DNA from: Entomortierella parvispora E1425
Taxonomy: Eukaryota > Fungi > Mortierellomycota
DNA: 64,000 bases
Direction: 5' to 3'
NCBI GenBank assembly: GCA_020891255.1
Contig: BQFW01000013.1
Span: forward strand, 2,046,001-2,110,000
Shown: piece by piece, positions 55,560 to 64,000 of the stretch
Layout: each line of letters begins with the position of its first letter
Numbering within the stretch: position 1 is the first letter of the stretch
The notes under the pieces: generated by a model
The model's database searches: none
What the model was told of the DNA's origin: nothing
The model's input: the letters and a program-made list of their open reading frames with translations, nothing else
Position numbers and translations under genes: made by a program

Positions 55560-57510
55560 TCTCTTTCCTCTCTTCCAGCGAGGCATGATCAGGGGAGGGG
55601 ATCGGACCGCAAACATCGCGAGCAATCCCGACAATACGGTTTACAAAGCGAAACGAAGCCCATAACGCGCTCTTTGCATGCTTCTTTCCCGATATTCTGG
55701 GAACAGATCCTCGCACGAGCCACAACTCACACAGCAGTTGTGATGGATGATGCCAGTGAGGCAGGAGGCGTCACAGAGCAAGAGAGGACTGCTCGCACGC
55801 ATCTGAGTGAAATCGATGTGCTCTTCCCGATCTTGTCTTTGACTTTTGGGGTCTGCAAATCGAGATGCAACAATTAAAGTCCTCCAGAGCCAACATGTCA
55901 ACACGGACAATAAGACACATGTCAACCGTCACAGCGCGACGGTTGAGGCGAACAAGCTTGGGATGTCTGAAGGCGATACGCGCTTGGCAGGACGATGGAT
56001 AGAAGGATCAGGTCGAATGCAGCAGGCGTATTTTTTAAATGTCCCTGTCAATGCTGCACGGACCATGGCAGGATTCAAGGACGGGCCCTTTAGTCTGCCA
56101 AGGAACGTGGTGCCACCGCCTCGCAATCTTCAGAAATCCGTGTTCCCTTTCATCGAGGACGCCTTGTTTGAACCCGGAACTTATCAACATACGGTGTGGA
56201 CTTCAAAGGTCGATAGAGAGATGCTGGACGCAAGCAATGAGGCTGAGGCTGCAAGCTTCGACTTGCTTCCATATCATGTCGAGACTCGCCAAAGGACTCG
56301 TGGCCCTGAGAGCATCAGAGATTACCCCAGTCAGCAATCATTTTTACTGATGCTTGCTCGCCTGCGCCATGTCGTTCTGCAGGATGCTGCTGAGTACATG
56401 TGGATTCAAGATCGACACTCAAATTGGAAAGGAACTAAATTCCCTTTGTTTGAAGCACACAAGGACATTTTCAATTCCCCAGCATTCATAGAGTATCGCC
56501 AGAAGGTATGGGATGAACTTGATCGTCATAATCTGGACAGCGACAATGACGAAAGGCAAACACTTCCTATTGCCTCCAGCCCCTCTCCTTCAGCAGTTGG
56601 GCTGCAGTCGCTTCAACCCTCCAACGAACAATCAGTTGGCACCCTCCGACAGCTCCACCATATTCAGAATGCCATTGACAGACTTCATCACCAGCAGGAG
56701 CAAATTGCACGAGCCATGGAGGACATGCAGAACGCCCTGTTGCAGCTCAAGTATCGCCAGTCGACAACCCCTACCCTTGCACCAGTAACGCCCACAGCAA
56801 CACCAAGAATGCCTCAGTCGGAGGCAATGTCAGACAGAACACTTGTTGCCGGCTCATCTGTGCAAGACCAAGATGGAGAAGACAGTGGTGGTTCAGATGA
56901 GGAGCGGGATATGGATGACGGTATACCCTCACTGCCCCTATCACGCTCAGGACCACGCCAATCTTTGACGCCACACCGCCCAAAAGGAGACTCGCCCTTG
57001 CCACTACATCCATTGGCACGAGAGCCAACGCACTCGAGGATCCCTCGTCTCCCTTTGCCTGATCGACCCCTAGGACAGCGCCTACCCTCACAACAACCGA
57101 CCGAAGGACTACTACAAGCACTACCTCCCTCCAGACTGATATCTTTCAGTCCTATACTCGAAGGAGTCGGCAACCCTCGACTCACAGTGCAAGAGATTTG
57201 GGATGAGCAGCAAAACTTCAAGCGAGCTAAATTACTCGGTCATTTCATTCATTCAGACAAGACGCTCACGAACCGGAGGAATATCTCGCGGTTTATTGAG
57301 TATCTAGTCCATTCTAACAAGGCAACTTCAGTTGCAGAGGCGATTGAGTATGTCCAACGGATTAGGGATCGTGAACCAAGAGCAAGTAGTACGGACAAGC
57401 TGTGGAGATACTGTCGGGACGCTCTTGACATTGCCAAACAAAAGGATGCTCAAGATAAACGCGCTGCTAAGGGCAAGGGGAAACACATTGCCCACCAAGG
57501 ATCAGAATAG
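55560..57510 (+). mobile_element. Crypton-F / Ndc10-domain-II tyrosine-recombinase-like gene with a C-terminal GCR1_C-like domain, 5' part disrupted
   Basis: KTHVNR (HxxR), LAGRW, MQQAY, RTMAGF, LPRNVVPPP.L...VFPFIE; C-terminal LTVQEIWDE...RRNISRFIEYL...AEAIEYVQRIR. Confidence 0.75.
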
Positions 57511-57994
57511 CCAGCGAGGGTTGACCATTTGGTCATTTAGCAATCCTCCCCCCCCCCCCCAAAAAAAAAGATATTCCTGTGGATTCCCAATGACAAAAAC
57601 TTATAATAAACATACAAATGTCTGATGAAGATTATCTTTTGAACGCGCTGCTTTCTTTGTCTTTGACTATCCACATCTTTGACTATCCAAACTATCCAGT
57701 TACACCCCATGTACACCACGATAGTGCCATAACAAGTAACGCGACAACAACAATGGGAATCGACAGACAATGGATCCGAATGTGTGTCTGTATCAAAAAT
57801 TTTCGCTCGCGCTCCGCGCAAAAAAAACGGAAACCCCAAAAAACATGTATACTTTCAACGTTTTTCGGCTTATTCTGAAACAGAATGGAATGAAATCTGA
57901 GCCGCTCTGAGCCACTGTATTTGGTGATTCGTCAAAAAATTACACATCCCTGATTGGGCGAAAAAGTCAGAATAGCAACACCATACAGCCACAG

Positions 57995-58125
57995 TATAGT
58001 GGTTCTACTTAAGGGTGTATCCCATCAACAACACCAAACGGCAAAGGGTGCAATATCACGTGACATATACTTGTCGTTGTTGATGGCCAGGACGGTACGA
58101 TACACCCTTAAGTAGAACCACTATA
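57995..58125. mobile_element. 131-bp MITE-like element with perfect 27-bp terminal inverted repeats ending in TA
   Basis: tatagtggttctacttaagggtgtatc (57995-58021) is the exact reverse complement of 58099-58125. An inner 11-bp IR (ccatcaacaac/gttgttgatgg) is also present. Confidence 0.8.
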
Positions 58126-58160
58126 TGTAGTTGCTCGCACGGCGTGGCCCTCTGCTCTTT

Positions 58161-58312
58161 ATCCGTCTTATTCCACATTGATCGATACTGACAGAGGCCA
58201 GCACGGCGACCCTTAGGTAGAGCAGCACTCTCATTATTTATTAGTACCAATACATGATCCGTCTTATTCCACATTGATCGATACTGACAGAGGCCAGCAC
58301 GGCGACCCTTAG
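58161..58312. repeat. Two exact 56-bp direct repeats separated by 40 bp
   Basis: atccgtcttattccacattgatcgatactgacagaggccagcacggcgacccttag at 58161-58216 and 58257-58312. Confidence 0.9.
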
Positions 58313-58490
58313 TCTGATTCTCACTCGTCACCTAGGATTGCCATATCCCGCACAGCGCCCCTCAAGCCTGCCCCCGTACGCAACATCGTGATCCCAGGCA
58401 TCACGTGACGCCTACATGTTGAACCTCAGCTCTTCGACCTCTAGGTTCCTAGGCCGGCTCCCGGCCCATAGGCTCCCTTGGATGGCCCTC

Positions 58491-58601
58491 TGCAATAGGA
58501 GTATCGAGGGTGGAGTGGAGACAAGAAGTGAGTTTTATTATATTGCAAGTTTCTAGCTTTTGTAGGTACACATCGCGTGATGTCACCGTATTCCTGTTAC
58601 A
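58491..58601 (-). repeat. 3' LTR (111 bp), preceded on the minus strand by the polypurine tract aaaaggggaagg
   Basis: Identical to 63446-63556; the PPT is at 58602-58613. Confidence 0.95.
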
Positions 58602-58611
58602 CCTTCCCCTT

Positions 58612-61600
58612 TTAAAAAATGATACCGTGCTGCTCTTTGAAGGTTGTGACCAAGTCCATGCAGTTGTCCAAGTTGCTTACTGGGAGCCATTCGTCAGCTT
58701 CTCTGCCGTAGCCTTTGAATGACACTAGGAACTGGTGTTGTCTGCGGTAGAAGCGGTACTTTAAAATTTCGTCCACTTCATACTCCTCTTCGCCGTCAAT
58801 TACAGTGGGATCCACGGGGGCAGGAGCTCGAATGCCGAGTGACTCCGGGGACGGCAAATAGGGTCGAAAGGTATCAACGTGGAAGACGTCATGGATTTTG
58901 TAGAATGGTGGCAGCTCGACGCGGAAGGTGACAGGTGAGTGTTGCTCCAAAAGTGTGAACGGGCCAAGGAATTGAGGTCGAAGTTTATCGGCTGGTCTGA
59001 TACTGTCGGCAGGGATGGTGATATTGGTGGCACGCAGCAGGACCTTATCGCCAACCTTGTACTTGTGATCCCGTCGTCGCTTGTTTGCCTGTTGCTCCTG
59101 ATGATCCTGAGCACGCTGCAGAGCATCCTGGGCCAGGGCAAGGGTGGTCGCCTGCTCAGTCAGGAAGGTATCGACAGTGGGGACTGAGCTGCTGGGTTTA
59201 CCGAGGAGAGCGGTGGGGAGACGAGGGTGCTGGCCAGAGTTGAGGAAGAACGGCGAGTATCCCGTGGATGCATTGACAGCGTTGTTATAGGCGAATTCCA
59301 GTGACGGAAGGAGCTGGTCCCAGTTAGACTGCTTGTTGTCAATAAACGCTCTCAACATAGTCTTCAGCGTCTTGTTCATAACCTCTGTCTGCCCATCCGT
59401 CTGTGGGTGGTAGGCGGTTGACAGTGCAAGTTTGACATCCATTAGCCTGTGCAACTCTTGCCAGAATCTACTAGTGAATCGAGTGTCGCGGTCCGAGATG
59501 ATGGATGTTGGTGTGCCATGCAGCTTAAAGATGTTGTCAAAAAACTGGTGGGCGACGTCGACGGCTGTGGCAGAGGTAGTACTGGGGACGAAGTGAGCTT
59601 GCTTGGTCAGCTTGTCGACAAACACTGTGATGGCGTCAAAATTTCTAGCTGTGGGCGGAAGAGGGCCGATGAAGTCCATGGTGACTACCTCCCAACGTTG
59701 CGAAGGAATGGGTAGCGGTTGCAAGAGTCCAGCTGGTCGATCCTGTGAGTCCTTGTTCCTTTGACACTTCTCGCAGGTTGCTACATACTGCTGGGTATCC
59801 TTGGCGATGTGGGGCCAATATACGAAACGGCGCAGGTTGTCGTAAGTCTTTTGAAAACCAAAGTGTCCAGCAGTGGCAGAGTCGTGAGCGTCGTGCAAGA
59901 GAGTGAGGCGGATCGGGGAGTGCCGAGGGATGGCCAGGGTGGTTGCTCCACGTCGGGTAAAGTAGAGGAGGTTGTTCTGGAATGAATATCCATTGGCAAC
60001 CTTCCCATCCAGGCAATCCTTGTAGATGGGTCCAAGTCGAGGATCGTCGTTGTAGTCCTGGACAAGCTGGTCACGGACGTCCGGGGACAGGGAGACGCTG
60101 AGGTTGTATAGCTCAACAGGGTCAGGCTCGCGGTAGTCCGGTCGTCGGGAGAGAGCGTCTGGGACGATGTTGTCAACTCCTCGCTTGTACTTGAAGTCAA
60201 AGTCGTATTCCTGAAGCAACTCCATCCAGCGAGCCTGTCGACGAGTGAGTTTGGGCTGTGTGGGGAAGTGGCGGAGGGTGGCGTGGTCGGTGTGGACGCT
60301 GAACTTGGTTCCATCGAGGTAGTAGCGCCAAGTGCGGAGCGCATGGATGACAGCCAACAGTTCCTGCTCATGGACAGGGTAGTTCCGCTCAGCTGACTGC
60401 ATTTTTCCTGGAAGTGAATGCGATGGGATGGGTATTCCCTTCCCGGTCAGTCTGCAGCAGCACTGCACCGATGGCGAAACCGGATGCATCTGTTTCGACA
60501 AAGGTGAGAGATCAGGGTCGAAGATGCGGAGGACGGGGGCGGAGCAGATGGCGCGTTTGAGCTGAAGGAATGCAGATTGTTGTTCGTCGGTCCATTTGAA
60601 GGGAGTGTTGTTGGCGAGGAGGGAAGAGAGAGGGAGGGCAATCCCTGCAAAGCCCGATACGTACTGTTGATAAAATTGCGCAAGCCCCAAAAATTGCTGG
60701 ACGTCCTTTGTGCTCTTGGGGGTGGGCCAGTCACTGATGGCTTTGCTGAGCCCGGCCGATGTTTTGATCCCGTCCTTCGTGATGGTGTGGCCCAAAAATT
60801 CAGTTTCGTCTTGCATGAAGGAGCACTTGCTCAATTTCGCGTACAGACCATTCTTGCGGAGGAGAGCCAGGACGCTTCGGAGATGCTGCAGGTGTTCTTT
60901 CTTTGTCTTGGAGTAGATCAACAGATCGTCGAGATACACGACAACCCATTTGTCCAAGACTGGATCGAGTACTCGCAACATCATATTGGAGAACGAAGCA
61001 GGAGCGTTAGTAAGGCCAAAGGGAACAACATTGAACTCAAAGTGACCATAGCGACAACGGAAGGCAGTCTTGTGTGTGTGTGGTTCAAAGATACGCTGCT
61101 GATGATAACCGGATAACAAGTCCAACTTGGAGTAATAGCGTGCTCCACGGAAGCGGTCAAGTAGCTCGTCGATACGGGGCAACGGGTGTCTGTTCTTCCT
61201 GGTGATCTTGTTGAGGCCACGGTAGTCGACGCACATTCGGAGTGTGCCGTCCTTCTTCCGCACAAAGAGCACGGGGGCGCCATAGGGAGAGGTACTGGGT
61301 TTGATAAAACCTGCTGCTAGCAATTGGTCCAGTTGTTTGCGAAGTTCGTCAAGCTCGGCGATTGAAAGTCTAATGACAGGGCGGAAGGGTGGGTCGGCTG
61401 TCGGGTCGGTCTCGATCTTCATAGCATCACCACGGTCTAGGGGCAGGCCGTCCGGGAGTTTCTCCGGAAAGACATCAGCGAACTCTTCCATGACAATGGA
61501 CCGCACCTCTGGGGGTCATATCGGGAATTGTACGCGGTTGGTCAGTTTCTTCAGAGGGCTCTGGGGTGTTGCGAATAAGGGCCAGGAACACCTCCGAGCC

Positions 61601-62428
61601 GGGCAGGGTTGCCATGGAATGAAAGTGCATGTGTGTGAGGAGGAGTCCTTTGGTGCGGCTTTGGATGTGATCGGCCTTGAAGCCGCGGCAGCTCCATTTG
61701 ACATCGATTCCATTGTGAGTGAAATGAAGATCGTTGGTGCGCCAATTGATGCAAGGGTTAACTTTGGTGAGCCAGGGTTTGCCAAGGATGAGGTCGTATT
61801 TGTTGAGAGGATAGAGAATAGGGTTGAGCGAATCGGAGTAGTCGCTGCGGTTGAGGGTGATGGGGACGGTGTGTGATGTGAGGGAGGAAGAGCCATTGGG
61901 GAGGAGGATGGGGATGGGCAAGCATTCAGTGCGGAGGAGCTGGTGTCGCTTTTGAAAAGACGAACTGATAATATTACCTTCTGCACCACCATCAATCAGG
62001 ATTCTGGCAGCGTGGCCATTGACAGAACCGATGAAAGTGAGCAGTTGGCTCTCTGCCTTTTGGACAGTGAATTCGTGTAGGCGAATCGCACGACGCTTCA
62101 ACTTCTTCAACTGACTTTTGGACAGAGGTACACTAGGTGCCGGCGGTACAGCGAGAGGGTCCGGTTCATCTGTATCGGAGGATCTAGGTAGAGGAGCGGA
62201 CAGGGCAACTGGAGCGGGCGAGGCAACAGGTTTTTTGGTTTGGTTTTGGTTTCGGTCCGATAGAACAACCAGAGCATCGTGGATGTGAGTTCGCTTGTCA
62301 TGATTGGAGTCATGTTTCTGAGGTGTAGAATCAAGTGAAGTTTTATTTGAGGTACTTAGCTCAGGGTTGTTGGCTACAGTTTCGACAACTGGGGTCCGGA
62401 CCGACCCTAGTTGCCGGAGGCTTTTCCC
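58612..62428 (-). CDS. pol: Gypsy Pol polyprotein (PR-RT-RH-IN-chromodomain) with apparent indels
   Basis: ILIDGGA protease, RMCVDYRGLN, PFGLTNAP, VYLDD, AERNY, VTMDF, HPQTDGQTE, and chromodomain YEVDEIL...FLVSFKGY. There is a frame break at about 61510 and a compensating pair at about 60505 and 60403. Confidence 0.92.
62384..62428 (-). other. Predicted -1 programmed ribosomal frameshift signal between gag and pol
   Basis: G GGA AAA slippery heptamer in the gag frame (62428-62422), 6-nt spacer, then the stem-loop GGCAACU-A-GGGUC-GGUCCG-GACCC-C-AGUUGUC. The -1 frame opens immediately upstream after a TGA and runs into the protease ORF. Confidence 0.8.
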
Positions 62429-63327
62429 GAATCAGGGGATTCACCCGCGGTTACTTGATTAATTCCTCGGCTGCCGTTGCCGTACTTAGGGCAATTGGGA
62501 CTGATGTGACCCAATTCGCGGCAGCGGAAGCAGCCACCGTTACGTACAAGGTACTCTCGGTCGGCGGCGGTCAGGGGTGCGGGGCGATCTCGAGAAGGGT
62601 TGTTAGTACCGTTGGTGGGGCGGTTCTGTAAGGAGCGGTGAAGGGTGCCGAGTTGCTTATGGATATTGTTGAGTTGGATATGAATATTGTCCACTTCCAT
62701 TGCGTTGGGGTCGGTGATACCAGCAGAGGATCCCGAGGCAGCCAGTGCTTTGGCACCGAGTGATGGGTCTCCAGTGTGGAAGATACGACCGAACTCCTCC
62801 GCGGCCTTGAAGAGTCTGGGCAGATCTATGGTGTCGTTGCCTGCATTAACAATGGCCACTTCCAGCATCTGGCGAAGCTGAGTAGGTGCACCACTGAGAA
62901 AGGCAGTACGGATAGTATCGTTGAGAACTGCGTTGTCGGCGTAGTAAGACTGGAGGAGCAGGTGGTATTCACGGGCTTTGGTAATATAGGCCATGACGTT
63001 GGAGATGTTCAATGGTAGTGTCATTTTCATTTGCATTGTGAGGGCGAGAATGTGCTCCTTAAACTTCGCAGGACTGAACTCGGTGGCAAGGAGCTCGCTG
63101 AAATCCGGGAATGAGGTGTCGGATGGCTTGTTTAAGAGTGCCCACCAGCCGATAACCTCATCGCCGGCAAAGGCAAGGGTAACCCCGACCTTGCGAGGTT
63201 CGGCAATTCCAGCGCCATCGAAGAAAAAGGTCATGCGTTTCAGAAAACCGAGAACAGAGAATCCGTCGCGCTTGCCGTTGAACGGTGTTGGATGAGGGAA
63301 TTTGAATGACGGTGTCGCGGGGTCCAT
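62407..63327 (-). CDS. gag: Gypsy Gag with a CCHC zinc knuckle
   Basis: MDPATPSFKFPHPTPFNGKRD capsid-like start; CFRCRELGHISPNC knuckle. Confidence 0.9.
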   Translation of the reverse strand: MDPATPSFKFPHPTPFNGKRDGFSVLGFLKRMTFFFDGAGIAEPRKVGVTLAFAGDEVIGWWALLNKPSDTSFPDFSELLATEFSPAKFKEHILALTMQMKMTLPLNISNVMAYITKAREYHLLLQSYYADNAVLNDTIRTAFLSGAPTQLRQMLEVAIVNAGNDTIDLPRLFKAAEEFGRIFHTGDPSLGAKALAASGSSAGITDPNAMEVDNIHIQLNNIHKQLGTLHRSLQNRPTNGTNNPSRDRPAPLTAADREYLVRNGGCFRCRELGHISPNCPKYGNGSRGINQVTAGESPDSGKASGN

Positions 63328-63423
63328 GTTGGGTGAATTGTCGAGGGAGAGTTGATCGAAGAGGGATACGAGGGGGTCCAGGGTGTAAGTGTGTCGGAGG
63401 GTCAGTGGGTCAGTGAGGTCAGT

Positions 63424-63445
63424 GGATCGAAAACCTTTGCTACCA
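63424..63445 (-). other. Primer binding site resembling the 3' end of initiator tRNA-Met
   Basis: TGGTAGCAAAGGTTTTCGATCC directly follows the 5' LTR on the minus strand. Confidence 0.75.
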
Positions 63446-63556
63446 TGCAATAGGAGTATCGAGGGTGGAGTGGAGACAAGAAGTGAGTTTTATTATATTG
63501 CAAGTTTCTAGCTTTTGTAGGTACACATCGCGTGATGTCACCGTATTCCTGTTACA
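63446..63556 (-). repeat. 5' LTR (111 bp)
   Basis: Identical to the 3' LTR; flanked by TSD CCCTC at 63557-63561, matching 58486-58490. Confidence 0.95.
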
Positions 63557-64000
63557 CCCTCCGGCTCATCAGATCCCTTGAAGCCGGCACCGCCGACGCA
63601 AACCTTCAGGATACTCCGGATCCAATGAATAAGTCCCTCATTAGAGGCTTTCAGCCTCTCTGAATAAATCAGTTTTATCTTTCTTTTCATACAACTCATC
63701 TTCCTTCCCCTTTGCATGCTAAGCTCTCCCATATCCTGGGCGTTCCTTTACATTGCTGTCCTGTTCCTTGCCTTCCTTGTTGATCTTGCCTCAAGTGGCT
63801 TCCCTCGCACCTTCTCAGACGCGTCCCCGTCTCCCTGTTGCTCTTCCAGTGACTACTTCTTGCCCCATACAGCGCTGTGTGGCGCCACTGTGGGGTGGAT
63901 CTTGTGACTGCCAACTAGTTGTGTTTCCCTCCGGGGTCACTGTGGCCGTTGGGCTGGCCGATGAAGGGAAAGTAGTGGTCGTAGTTGGTTGGGGAGTTGT

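Larger units (their letters stand above)
58491..63556 (-). mobile_element. Full-length Ty3/Gypsy chromovirus LTR retrotransposon
   Basis: Identical 111-bp LTRs (TG...CA on the minus strand), 5-bp TSD CCCTC, PBS, PPT, gag, and pol (PR, RT with YLDD, RNase H, integrase with HxxxxH-CxxC and DxxE, chromodomain). Confidence 0.97.

Noticed and set aside
58053-58065. TCACGTGA (CDEI-like) next to an Ndc10-domain gene, suggesting a point centromere
   Set aside because: No AT-rich CDEII or CDEIII element, point centromeres are restricted to budding yeasts, and the motif lies inside a MITE.
58161-58312. Repeat-spacer-repeat resembling a CRISPR array
   Set aside because: Only two 56-bp units, eukaryotic context and no cas genes.

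Overview
Intron-containing fungal genomic DNA. The Arm-like/NACHT/pentapeptide/WD40 NLR, the kinase-SEL1 genes and the F-box/LRR genes suggest Mortierellaceae (inference). Housekeeping genes (QRI7 3' end, RPC34, a TM9SF/EMP70 gene, a soluble-adenylate-cyclase-like STAND protein, NOP1) are interleaved with accessory genes. The accessory set comprises a DD34E IS630/Tc1 transposase with a convergent partner gene, a NACHT-WD40 NLR with appended SEL1 repeats, two TKL kinase-SEL1 genes bracketed by an MLKL-like 4HB-pseudokinase (GFE motif) and its pseudogene, and a decayed intron-containing gene fusing a FEN1/XPG-type PIN nuclease to a Fanzor/TnpB-type RuvC-zinc-finger with a hairpin cluster at its 3' end. 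It also includes an intron-containing Eco57I/TaqI-like N6-adenine DNA methyltransferase, a small secreted Cys-rich protein, a cholera-toxin-like ADP-ribosyltransferase domain fused to 8 zinc knuckles, a Crypton/Ndc10-like relic, a MITE, and a recent Ty3/Gypsy chromovirus with identical 111-bp LTRs. Best candidates for undescribed biology are the PIN-Fanzor fusion, the kinase-SEL1/MLKL module, the bacterial-type m6A methyltransferase and the ART-zinc-knuckle protein. All family calls come from motif recognition by eye; no searches were run.
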